Under the pieces are notes generated by a model that was given only the letters and a program-made list of their open reading frames with translations, was not told the DNA's origin and searched no databases. Below, in pieces: positions 1 through 35,767 of a stretch of 64,000 nt of DNA. Origin of the DNA: Amoebidium appalachense (Eukaryota; Protista; Ichthyosporea); the NCBI GenBank assembly GCA_963693365.1, contig CAVNZM010000014.1:1302001-1366000 (forward strand), in the 5' to 3' direction. A program made the position numbers and the translations under genes. The stretch's first letter is position 1; each line of letters opens with the position of its first letter.

Positions 1-2
1 GG

Positions 3-236
3 ATACCTGAGAAACCATGTTTCCACAGATGCAACCCTCGCCTCTTGGACGCAGCAACTTACACAAGTACATGGCAAGGTGCTAGTTTTATACCGCCTCG
101 GGGCGTTCTGTATAACAACTGGTACTACTGGCAGAGCATGGGGAATCGTGTATATGGCAGCAGGGGGTACCTCGTTCCGTTCATCCACATCGACCCGAAA
201 GACGATGAGAAAGGGCAGAAGCGACTAGAGCTGTAA
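3..236 (+). CDS. Possible 3' end of a gene truncated by the window edge; ends ...KGQKRLEL* (KDEL-like)
   Basis: Open frame from base 3 to TAA at 234-236 with non-repetitive, protein-like composition. No family recognised. Confidence 0.3.
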   Translation: MPEKPCFHRCNPRLLDAATYTSTWQGASFIPPRGVLYNNWYYWQSMGNRVYGSRGYLVPFIHIDPKDDEKGQKRLEL

Positions 237-1490
237 GCTGTTGACGTGCTGATTGTTTCCGCCGACCGCCAACTCATGTGCAAAGTGGTCAGTACAAACA
301 ACGGAAATTTTATCTGAGTATCTTTCGTATACGGGGCAGATTGCGGGAACACGAGCGTGCAAGAGCTAAAAGAAGCGAAATACAATCTGCTACGGGAGGG
401 GTTTTCCCGGTTTGTGGAGACAGGAGAGTGGCGTGCTTTCTGGACGGTTTTCAGGTTCCTGTTCGAGGCAGCAAAAGGAAAGCTAACGACAAAACCAGGC
501 CCGTCAGGATATGGCAGATTTTTGTGAGATTTTCATGTCTTGGTACGGCGACACGGACGGGATAATTTTCTTTTTTTCTTTTGACTCGGTTTTATTGATC
601 CGTTGATGAAGGCAACGTGCAGCCACAGGCTACATAACCACCAATAGAACTGAAAAAGCCAAATCTACGAAATAAAAATAAAGCGACAAGTGACAAAGGA
701 CACCAGCGGGCAAAAACCTTAAGTGTACGTGTATGCGTGAAACTAGTTTGCTCCAACTAGTCATATGCATCGATGTTGACCAGACCACACTCCGCAAGAA
801 GACATCATTACTGCTGCTTCCCAACAGGCCCCCCTGAAAACCTACCGAGACACAGCAAGCAAGTCAGCCTCTAAAAGAGCAATGCAGACCAAATCTGAGC
901 TAAAAAACAATCCCAACGGGCCCGGCCCCTAGATAACCCGGAGAAACTGCATCTAGCTCTCTGATAAGGTGGCCTAGTTGTGGCAGGACACACAGAAAAA
1001 AACAATTACAGAATGCATGCAAGCAAACCCGGTCATTGCCATACGACTGGAGGCTAAGGACTGGCAGTCACTTGGAAAGCTCCCCGACGACCAAGTAGCC
1101 GCCCCTCCACTCACGCAGCGCAGAAGTAGCTGAAGAAGTTGCAGCAGCCCACCGCCAATAGGTCGCGTAGAAGCGTAGACAGCGTGTAGAAGTTACCATA
1201 GGTTGCAGTGGACCACCAGGCGTTGAAGAAACCACTTCTCAAGCGAGAAACTCCGCGAAAGGGAGATGCCCCCACACTCTCACAGCAGTAGGGTGACACC
1301 AGGCCACACCACACACATGCTGCAGTCAAGTTCCCCGGAGTGGGACTCCCTCCCACCACAAAAAGAAGAAACAAAAGCCTTTATATACCTGCCATGGTGA
1401 AGAATCGGGAAAAAAAGTTGACGTGACAGCTAAGACTCGGAGATCGAAGTGAAAGTGAAGTCCGGGAAAATTTGCAACAGGCACGAATGT

Positions 1491-2183
1491 ATGGATTTGG
1501 CTGAGAGTGATCGTGGGTTGTTCCAAGAAAGTTTCATGGTGTGGGAAGAGGTGGCCATTTTGTTGGGAGATGAAGAGAGAGCGGAACGGGGTTGGAAGAC
1601 CGGAATTAGGCTCACGCAAGACGGCGTCAATAAGGCCCTGCGCATGTTTAACCTCGCAACACAACAACAAAGAGCCAAAAAAGACATGGAGGCGAAGCGA
1701 TATTTCATCATGGCGCTGAAATACGCGCGCGAGAAGGGGTTTTCAGAAAGGGTGGGTATGTGTTTCGACCGTTTGCACATCTTGTACCGCGATTTCATAA
1801 AAAACATGCCCATCATGGAGCGGCAGCTGAAAACTTTGGAGCTCTGGCCGGCCCTTTCTCCCGAGGAAAAAGAGCACACCAGTTACACTGTACGAGTCAC
1901 GCCCATTCCCGGGAATTCACAAAAGCAGAGGGTGGAAATTATATACAAACACACGAGGGGTAATGAGTATGATACTTTTTTTGGCCATGGCCAAGAGGCG
2001 TTGTCAGAGGAGTACCTGAAAAAAGTCAAGGAGGCACGAAAGAATGCTGTGCTTGAGATGTGCGCAAATTGTGCAAACTTTTTTGGAAATAATGTGTTGA
2101 AGTTGTGCTCGGGTTGTCATAAGGTGAAGTATTGTGGGGTTGAGTGTCAGAGGGCTCATTGGGAAAAGCACAAGACAGAGTAA
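1491..2183 (+). CDS. Intronless MYND-type zinc finger protein (final Cys ligand missing)
   Basis: ORF 1449..2183, first ATG at 1491. C-terminal CANC-x(11)-CSGC-x(5)-CGVECQRAHWEKHKTE* matches the MYND pattern CxxC...CxxC...YCxxxCQxxHWxxHKxxC except for the last C. Confidence 0.8.
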   Translation: MDLAESDRGLFQESFMVWEEVAILLGDEERAERGWKTGIRLTQDGVNKALRMFNLATQQQRAKKDMEAKRYFIMALKYAREKGFSERVGMCFDRLHILYRDFIKNMPIMERQLKTLELWPALSPEEKEHTSYTVRVTPIPGNSQKQRVEIIYKHTRGNEYDTFFGHGQEALSEEYLKKVKEARKNAVLEMCANCANFFGNNVLKLCSGCHKVKYCGVECQRAHWEKHKTE

Positions 2184-2680
2184 GTTGAGTGCACAGTCTG
2201 GGAAGACGACTAAGTAGATTTTGTTGAATTAGGCTCCCTTGTTACCCCACATTCTCTCTATCTCTCTAACGGTGCAAAATTTATAACTTTTTCTGATTTT
2301 TTTTTTTTTTTTTTTTTTGGAGTGAGTGTAAGCCGTCTGAGAGGACGGCTAAGTAGGTTTTGCGGATTAGGCCCCCATGTTTCCCCTATCCCTCTACGTG
2401 CTGCAATTTTAATTTTAATTCTTTTAATTTTATTTTGTTTATGAGTGTGAGTCGAGTGCATAGTCTGAGAGGACGGCTAAGTAGGTTTTGTTGATTTAGG
2501 CCCCCTTGTTACCACACGTTCCCCCTAAGTTTTATATCAATGATTTTGTTTTAGGCATTTTATTTTGTTTATGAGTGTAAGCCGAGTGCATATTCTGAGA
2601 GGACGACTAAGTAGGTTTTTTTTTTTAAGGAATCTCCTGTTACCCCACGTTTCTCCTATCCCTTTATGTGCAAATTTTTG
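2178..2680 (+). repeat. Four diverged ~130-bp tandem copies of the MYND gene's terminal codons and 3' UTR
   Basis: Core (g/t)tctg(a/g)ga(g)gacg(g/a)ctaagtag recurs at ~2196, ~2335, ~2463 and ~2593, each followed by an agg(c)ccc...gtt...ccc..a segment and a T-rich spacer. Confidence 0.85.
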
Positions 2681-2948
2681 ATTTTTTTTAAAAAAAAAAA
2701 ATTATTTCATTTTTATTATTATTTTTGATGACGCCTAAACGCCATAGTCTTGCTCAGTTGGGCACTTGAGATCCTCACCAGAATGTGAATGATGGGCGAA
2801 GCAATACATACAGGAAGTGACTCAAATTTAGATTATGGACACTTCGGAAATAGGGTCTATTTATCTGAGTTTTTTGGGTACCACAGCCTTATGTTGTTAA
2901 TTTTCGTCATTCGGGGTGGGGGATGGGGTTGGGGGGGAGGGAGGGAGG

Positions 2949-2983
<35 letters not shown>

Positions 2984-3455
2984 TGTTCTTAAAATCATGA
3001 CCAGGGCTGGTAGGGTCTTTGTGTCTTATTTATTTATTTACTAAAACAATAGCGCAACAAAAGTGCAATTTATCTTATTTTCAGATGATTTGAATATCAG
3101 TGACCCCCTGTAAGAATGTACACACATGTATGAATACAGGTTTGCGGTGCTGAGATGCGTGGGGCAATGGCGTGTGTGTTGGCACGCGTGCGCGTGTGTG
3201 TACGTGTGCACTCGTGCATCATTCCTGTGTGTGACACTGCGCTTGTGTGCGGCACATCGTTAACATGTATCTATCTATACCTCCTGCAACATGCATTAAA
3301 TCACAACGTCGGCTACACCAACAGTTGACTCGGTGCAACAAAAAAAAAAAAAAAAAAAAAAGTTTGTGAAAATTTGGGGAAAAAGCTACATCTATGCAAA
3401 TTGTTTCACATTATACGGCCAGCAGGCAGGCCGGGGCCATCGGGTGGGTGGATGG

Positions 3456-26836
<23,381 letters not shown>

Positions 26837-28118
26837 TTTCTATATAACAATAGGTGTCTAGGGAAGTTTATCGTATGTGGTTGTCTTATTTAGCCCGTGA
26901 CATCTTGACACCGAAATACCAACCTGAAGATATGTCTTGCAAACCTACTGTCCCTGATCTGTCCAACGTGTCTAATTACGTGTTTTTGACAATAGAATAA
27001 CAGACATTTAAAGATAGGTAAACTGAAATAAAAAACAAAAAGAACAAATAGGGTTCTTCGCCAAAAAAAATAAAAAAGGAAATAAGCACGCGTTCGACCG
27101 TTATCGCGTGTGCTTTCGGTGCGAGCAAGGTGGGTGCGTCTTTGAACCAAACGAGCTGGCGGATCCCCCACAACTCTTCCGTGGCTGTAGATAGGACTTT
27201 TTTATTTTTATTTTTTCTTTTGACTGGGTTTATTCGACGGAAAGATATGCAAGTATGCACGGCATACTGAGAAGACAATAAAAAAAACTTCACGAGTTAT
27301 CCAGTAACAAGTGCATACTGAGATACCTGAACACTGTGTGAAAATCATATAAGTACTCAATGTGGCGACCAACAAAATTCAATAAAAAGTCTAAAGTGGT
27401 CACATTGCCAGCCAGCGTATACGTAGCAGACACCCGTAGGGAAAGAGGTAAAACGCGACAAAAAAACTCACACCTATCAACATGCTTGCGATTAAAAGGT
27501 TCAGCACAAAAGTGGCCCAGCGGCGATGAAAACAAAAATTACAACGCCACTGCACAACTTCCCAGGCAATATCAACATCAGAGCACCATACAGACTTATC
27601 TATTAGGGTGGTCACCGTACAGCAGGAGAAATATATCCTGCCAAAGCTCCCAAAAAGCGATAATGATCAGTACGGTGTTGCCTAAGGAACATAACACATG
27701 CCGACTGAGTTTTACCTTTGATTTCTCTATCGGAACAAGAAAGAAACTTAAACTGCGTATGGTAATAACGCGAAAAGGCAGAAAAAACAGGAAGAGAAAA
27801 GAAAGAGGGAGTGAGATAGCGAGAGGATATTTTATAATGACTTTTTTGATGTGCTCATATGACTTTTAAAAAATCCTAGTATTTAAATTGGTAAGCGGCA
27901 TCAAACAGTGTTTATAAAGGGTCAAAATACCACGAGATCTATAATCTACATTTTTGTTTTAAAAGATAGAGAATAAACTGTAAGTAATTGCTTCTTGGCT
28001 TTGCTCAAAACCTTCGGAAAGCAGGAAATTTGGCGCAATGCATGCAGCAGTAGGTGTTGGGGGATTCAGATGATGCGCTGTGCTCCAATTGGATCGCACT
28101 ACTTTAAGGTTGTGTTTT

Positions 28119-28410
28119 GTGACGTCATAACGGCCAGGTCCTGCCGGGCAGCTGCGAGTATCCTGTTGCCTGAATGTGTATAAATAACATGAAATCACAT
28201 TGTACTGTATTATATCAAATTGGAAATTATATATAAACATCTTTTAGGCCATATTTTAGCTGCAGTTAAATGTCATTTAGAGCACAATAACTCTATTCCA
28301 CTTTTACCCTTGGTGTGACGTATTTGGGGTATTACGTAATCTCACCGTTGGCGCCATTCTTTTGTTTATCCAATCAGCACCTGGCTCCATCGATGACTCA
28401 GTCACTCAGA
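28119..28410 (+). promoter_or_regulatory. Cluster of bZIP-type and CCAAT motifs upstream of the orphan plus-strand gene
   Basis: TGACGTCA (28120-28127), TGACGTA (~28316), ATTACGTAAT palindrome (28331-28340), CCAAT (~28370) and TGACTCA (~28394), all in SSR-free DNA between divergent genes. Confidence 0.4.
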
Positions 28411-28767
28411 CTGTCATCATGATCATGCGAACGTCTCTCAGAGGAACGTTCAGCCACTTTCAAAGCTTCACTTGTCGTCTCTCGCCTCTCTCTCTCTCTC
28501 TCTTCAACCAAAAAAGAACGTGGCCACCAACCATAATTTTCCCTGGTGTGCAGATGTAAAAAAAGGATGTTGAGCATGGCATTAATAATAATGCGCAGAA
28601 TGCTTTGATAATTGCATCCGGGATCTTGCCTAATGTTTATCGTAGGCAGAGCAACTGAGCATGGCCATCTAGTTAGTGCTATAGTGTGTATGTAGGATCT
28701 TAAGGCCAGCTAGGATAGCTGGTTTTTTTACGTTTTGGGCAGTTGGAGCCTCTTAGGAGCATCAAAA

Positions 28768-30357
28768 ATGGTTCTCGGGCTCATAGAAACGACAGGGAAC
28801 ATCACCATTAACACAGTGAAAGAAGTGCCCTCTAGTTCTTCAAAAGTTGCACCAGCAGGTTCGAATTCGAACGCAGCTGCCACAGACACACAAAACAGCG
28901 AAGGCACACACACAACTTCAACCCCAAACGGGGTTCCAAAAACTCGTGCAGCTGTTTCCAGAGAAAAACCCAAAGCATCTCGTGTGGGTTCCAAACTCGA
29001 GTCATCCACAAAAAAGCAGCCAAAATTGGAAAACATGGAGGACAGCAAACAACCTAAAGAGGGCACGTGTAACAGCTGCAGCACGGAGGGGCACACGGAT
29101 CCGGATGAAAAGGGGAGTTCGAATGTAGCCACCATGGTGCACGTTGAACCAGATGAAGAAAGCATGACGAGGCTTCGACGGATGTACTTGGACCGTGTCA
29201 GGTAGGAACACGGGTGAAAAGCTGCATAGAATGGTGTGGTTTCAATGATGAGCCAATGCTCTTGAGATCTATGTAGAAGGTTACAGTTGTCTGTTCAATA
29301 GCTCGTTCTTGTTACAAGCCGTGTTTTGTACTAGTCACCATAACGGGTAATTGTTATAACTTGAATGCAATTAAAAGCTTAAGGCTTGGAGAATGATTTG
29401 AATGCACATGCTTGACCACGTTCGTGTAGATGTTACGTAGCTAACTTGTTATCCTGGCTGCATTGTGCATGCACTGTGGCTAGCAAGGAGTTAAGCTACA
29501 GCTGGTGATACCAATATATGCCGAGCTGTGCGTTTTGTGTTACTACATTACCGCAAATGTACTATGCGGATTTTCTGCTCTTTCAATCATGATACGTGGT
29601 TGCACAGTACAAGTACAAACAAGGGATATTTTAGCGTGTGCTCCACCTCTGTATCCCAGAACTTGATTTCTGGTAGCATCAATCCGAGCATTCCGTCATG
29701 CCCCAGGCCTACGAAACTGAGAAAGAAATTCCCGGTTTCATGGTTCATTCTTTGTTCAACGGTAGTAAGAAATAGAAACTTCAGGCTAGCAGATCTAGAC
29801 CATCATTTTACCACACGATTCTGCTTGGCGCCGAACCTTACCAAAGCTATCATCGGCATCAGAACTTGTGTTAATCCTGGAAGGATGGTCATTGTGAGCA
29901 TATGATGTTTCCCACCGAGGCGCCTACACTCAGGCAGGAACCAAATACGTGACTTCAAAAAGCACACAGGCACATAGTCCACAAGGCTTTTGATGTATAA
30001 TGGTGATCTGTACGGCCCGGGACCACCACTGAGTTACTTTGTAAATATATCCAGCTTCTCTTTATGATAAGCCCAGTTGACTACCAAAATGCTTGATACA
30101 TATGAACGGTCGAGACTTTGTGGCATTTAATATACTGGTTATAACAAATACATAAAAATTGGTTTCCACTGGGCCTGGGGTGCATAGACACATTCTCAAT
30201 AGCATGCTCAACACGCTGGATAAGTGCTAATAGTCCACTTGCACAAAACCACACAACACCATACAGCCCCACGACAAATGACGAAATCATTCACAAATTT
30301 GCATACCTGATGCTGACTCTGCCCGTACTCATGCCATACTATGACAACTCTCGTATG

Positions 30358-30402
<45 letters not shown>

Positions 30403-30459
30403 CTTCCACTGTACACACACACACACACACACACTTTCTCTCTCTCTCTCTCTCTCTCT

Positions 30460-30507
<48 letters not shown>

Positions 30508-30512
30508 CCCCC

Positions 30513-30565
<53 letters not shown>

Positions 30566-31076
30566 CATGCACGCTGGGGGAAAAAATCTCTTGCAAATTT
30601 ATGCAGTAAAAGGAACCTACTTCGCCGCTATCAAGACCTCCGCATGTGCGTAGACTTTGCATTCCGTTCACCCGAAGAGTGGGAGCAAGTCAAGCGCTCA
30701 TTTAACGAGTCCAAAGGCATAACACGAATTCAGTTCAACCACGTCGTGTTTGCTGTCAAGAATGCTCTGCTGTGGATCAACGGCCTACAGAGGCTGCTTG
30801 ATGTGGCGACCAAGCTTAAAGAGGAGTTGGTTTCTGCTGGGGTCACTGAGCTTGAGATGTAAGTTTCCTTTCCCTCCCCCTCCTTCTCCCCCCCCCCCCC
30901 CTCTCCCCCCCCCCCCCCCTGCCCCTCCCTCCTTTCCTCCCCCCCTTTTCCCCCCCAAAAACCCACCCCCACCCCACCTCATCCCATCCATCTCCAGTCC
31001 TCCACAATAGACGTAGCCCAGCACACACAAATAACCCCCTTCCTCAACCCCCTGCCCCTTGCCCTTCCCCCCCCCC

Positions 31077-31107
<31 letters not shown>

Positions 31108-31145
31108 GCAATCATACGCGTGCGCGTGCACACACACACGCGCGT

Positions 31146-31188
<43 letters not shown>

Positions 31189-33569
31189 AAAACATATGCT
31201 GAACAACCACATATGCATGTCCCCTTTCGTGTCTTCTTCCACCTCTACGATGAAAACACCACCATCCACACTCCAAATATGCCCAACTTTCAAGATTATT
31301 ATCCGAGTAACATCGCCATATTTCCCTCTCCAACGGGGCCTTCGCATAGATAAAAGTGCTCGAAAAGCATAGCCAGCACACAAAGTAACTTGAACATTCC
31401 GCATCCCCCCCCCCCCCCCCCCCTCCCCCACTTCCTTTTACCACACACAAACACAAACACGGTGAACACACCTGTGCATACACACGTGCATACAAAACTA
31501 ACGCACGTGCACTGGCACCTGCACAGTGCACACCCACACCTACACACGCACACAAACTAGCACACATCTTGCACGTGCGCATGCACAAGCACATGCACAC
31601 ACAGGTGACACACCAGCACACACGCATGCACACTTGCACATGAACACACCCACACGAGACACCCACCCACACTTGCACACGTGCACACACGTGCACACAC
31701 ACACATGCATAACACAGGTTCGCACACAACGTCATGACCGTCCTCCAGTCAGCAACCTACCTGTCCACCCACTTCAGCACAACCATCAACGAAAATGCGC
31801 AACTGGCCGGAAATAACAACACCACCATCAGGAAGGAAGAGTGGTGTCTGCTACAGTCCGTGTGTGAGGCTGCCCTCTCATATCCAGCCAAGCTGGCCCC
31901 ATTCTTTGGCCGAATCACTGCCCGTTTGGCGGAAATGATTGGGTACGTCAGAACTTGCCGGCTGATCCTTCCGCCTGCCCTTTTTCCCCCTCTGACGAGG
32001 ATGTATTGGACCCGCCCCTCTCTCTCCCCGACCCCCACCCCCCCCGGCCGTCACCCTCCCCCCTCCCCCCCCACCTACACCCCCTTTCCGCCCCACCCCC
32101 CAATCCACAACCTATATATACATACAAAACCGAGGGTTGTTCCAATATCCTTCTTTTTTCCCTCACCCTACGCCTGCTTCTGCCCCACGCCCCTCCATAC
32201 ATGCATACCGTGTTACATCCACATAGGCCTTCCATACACAGAGATACCCCGACAGCCCCCCCCCCCCCCCCCCCCCTCCCCCCCTCCCTTTTATCCCTCC
32301 CTCCCTCCCTCCCCTCCCCCCCTTCCCCTCACCACTCTCTAACCCTCCAGTAACACAGGTCCTCCCTCCCCCCCCCCCCCCCCCCCCCTCCCCCCTCCCC
32401 CCATCCACACCCACCATGCATACACTGTACACAAACAGGCCCATTGAGAAAGACACACACGATGGAGCATCCTTACCGACCGGTGACACTGCCACACCCC
32501 CACCTGGCCCGTTTGTCACCACGGCAAGTCCTTTTGGGAGCGAGGTACCCACCCACCCTTCCAGCCCATCTTTCAGCGGCTCTTCAATCAACCCCAGCCC
32601 ACAGTTTGCTTCAACCACCCTGAATGCAATGCCAAACCCCTCAAACATGTATGAACCCCCCGCCCCCCACCCCCACCCCCTTTGAACCTCCCCCCCCGCC
32701 CCCCCTCCCCCCTGGCTGCCTGCCCACCCCCTGCTCCTTCCCCCCTCTTACCCTTTTCGAATAAAAATAAAACGTAACCGGGCATAACTGTTAACAATAT
32801 CCGTTGCTTTCGGTTATTCCTGGGCATCAGATTTCTTACCTCCCTCCCCCCTCCATCCCCCCCTCCCGCTCCCCCCCCCCCCCCCCCTTCCCCTCCCCCC
32901 CCCCCCCCCTCCCCCAAAAAAAAAGAAAAGAAAAGAAAAGAAAAGAAAAGAAAGAAGGAAGAAAAGAAAAGAAATCCAGCCCAAAAGAGGCATATTCTTT
33001 ATCCCCACCTTTTACTTGATATTAAGAACTTAAGTTATAAGTTATTGCAGATCCCCATTACATGCTTTTAACACCAAAGCACTTCCCCCGTCCCCCCTTC
33101 CTACCTCCGACCACCCCACCCATCACCCGCCACCTCCTTTGGCCTTTATTTTCCCATCTTGAATAACTTTAACACCACAAAACAACAGCATACAGAACCC
33201 GCTTACAAGCAGCACGAGCCTGGGACACATGTCATACCAGCACCCAACAGCCATCATTTATGCACACCCAAGCAATCTCCCTGCCCATTATGCAAATATC
33301 GGACACGGCAAGTTCACCAACCAGACCTATCACAACCCATATGCACCTACTAACCGCGGCCAAGCATCGAGGCATGCAGCCCAAAGCACGGCTAATCAGA
33401 TGAACGGAAACCCCAACGCAACCAATCAAAGGCCGGGATTGGTCATTACGGGCACATGTAGAAATGGGTTGAACCTCGGCAAGCTGGACAAGGAGGATAT
33501 CCTACGGGCCGTCTTTGCTCAAAAGATCACATCTGCAGCCGAGCTTGCACGTGTGGAGGCAATAAAAAG
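28768..33569 (+). CDS. Multi-exon protein of unknown function
   Basis: Exons 28768-29201, 30607-30858, 31718-31942, 32439-32648 and 33189-33569 join in frame through GT-AG phase-2 introns (...YLDRVS|KRNLLRRYQDLRMCVDFAF...). A possible extra exon lies at ~31188-31385. The true start and terminal exon are uncertain (possible stop at 34535-34537). No domain recognised. Confidence 0.65.
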
Positions 33570-34078
33570 GTTCAACCCCTCTCCCCTCCCTCCATCTCCC
33601 TCTTACTCCGTCCCCCTCCCCCCCTTCCCCCCCTCCCCTTCCCCCGGACCCGTGTCCCGGGACATAAAAAAAAAGTAGTGAGAATGCGCACCTTCCGGGA
33701 CCCGTTCCCCCCCCCCTTCCCCCCCGCCCCCTCCCCCCTCCTCCCCCCTCCCGCCCCCAAAAAAGGAAAAGAAAAGAAAGAAAAGAAGACAAAAAGGAAA
33801 AAAAGGCCCAACTTCCTTATGCCTGCCTCCCTCCCCTTCTTTGCCCCCGTTGATCGGGTGTGTATTTTGTGTTTGTGTGTGTGTGTGTATTATGTCTTTT
33901 CTTTTTTTTTTTTTGGGGGGGGGGGGGGGGGAGTGTAAAACGGCTCCTTTTTCAATGTGCCCCCAGATGGGCAACTAGGGGTTGTGGGGGGTGAGGGGAG
34001 ATCGGAGCCTCTACTATCGGGTTTTCTTGGCCCTCCCCCCGCCCTCCACCCCTCACCCCCTGTGAGGAGTGTGTCACG

Positions 34079-34354
<276 letters not shown>

Positions 34355-34495
34355 TGGTTGTGTGAGTGTCGTGTTTGCATGTGTAAGGAAGCACTTCCAA
34401 TTCCCCTTCATGCTGCATTAGTACCGGTGTTTTTCCGAGAGGAGAGAGGGAGGGATGGGCAGGGGGGGGGGGGGGGAGGAGGGGGGGAGGGGGGG

Positions 34496-34527
<32 letters not shown>

Positions 34528-34919
34528 GCGCAGATGATAGTATGGTGTGAGGCTGAGGAAGAGCTGGAGACGAACCACTAACAGCCGTGTGGACCTCTAT
34601 TTCCAGAGAGCTGATGGATTTGACAATGGGGCATTCGGCAAACCAGCCATCTTGACTGAGGCTAGGAAATAGAATAATCGTGTCAAGCTAATAGCGATAT
34701 GCAATGAGAGTTGACTTGAAATCAAAGGCAAATTCTTATTAGGAGCCGAATGTGGACACACTATTAAAAAAAAAAAAAGGGACCTGTTAGCAGTTTAAGT
34801 TTGGAATAGAAGAAGTCTTCGAAAAGAGGTGAAGATTTTTGAGTGGAAGGCTGGTTGCTAGTGTTGGTGGTTGTTTTTTTTATACTGTGGTGCCAACCGG
34901 GTTGCGGCAGGGGTAGAAG

Positions 34920-34958
<39 letters not shown>

Positions 34959-35611
34959 GGGGGGGGGGGGTCCCGTAATCTGGGGGTTGAAATGATTTCT
35001 TGATCAACGTAGGTTGTGGTTGGTGTGTTTCAGTTCTGCTAGGGGTCATTTTCAACCTTTACCTTATAGAGGAGGGAGTCAAACGATACCAGGGAGGACA
35101 GTGGTAGGGTTATCGCTAAGTAGATCTCCAAAAAACATTTGAACGAGATGCATATGCACGTATCATGTTATAATTGTCTCAGAAGGAAAGCTTGCGCCGG
35201 CTTGCTAGTATGAATCGATTTGGCCCCCCTGCTCGTATTATTGGTGATACCACTGGAGACCCCCTCATAGACTCTGATAAGTATTTCTCGGAACTGTTTA
35301 AGATAGGACCCCTGCTCAGAAACCTATTGTGTGGCCTGTAGACCCATCTATCCCCATAGAATCGATCCTCCCCTTTTTCAGTCCCGATACCATATGGTCT
35401 GTGATATCTAGTTATGGGGGTTTACGCTGTTTACTCGAGGCAAAGAGAACCAGTCTCAGGTATGGGGGGGGGGGTTTTGCTCGGAATATCCCCTCAGCGG
35501 TATATCATGATCACGTACATAGATGTCGGGTGGTGACTATATATCAGGGTTTACTTTCTCTACGAGACACCATAAAGACTACAAGGAGAAATCAATTAGT
35601 TGGGGTTCCCC

Positions 35612-35661
<50 letters not shown>

Positions 35662-35693
35662 GGGCTCCCCTCGGGACACTCGGTATCAGCTGG

Positions 35694-35746
<53 letters not shown>

Positions 35747-35767
35747 GTGTGTGTGTGTGCGCGTGCG

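Noticed and set aside
2178-2680. Tandem hammerhead ribozymes (CTGAGAGG... cores in ~130-bp repeats)
   Set aside because: The core does not fit CUGANGA and there is no GAAA/stem II. The repeats are explained as copies of the MYND 3' end.
29528-29905. 125-aa ORF within the orphan gene
   Set aside because: No convincing in-phase splice pair or motif, and the flanking exons join in frame without it.
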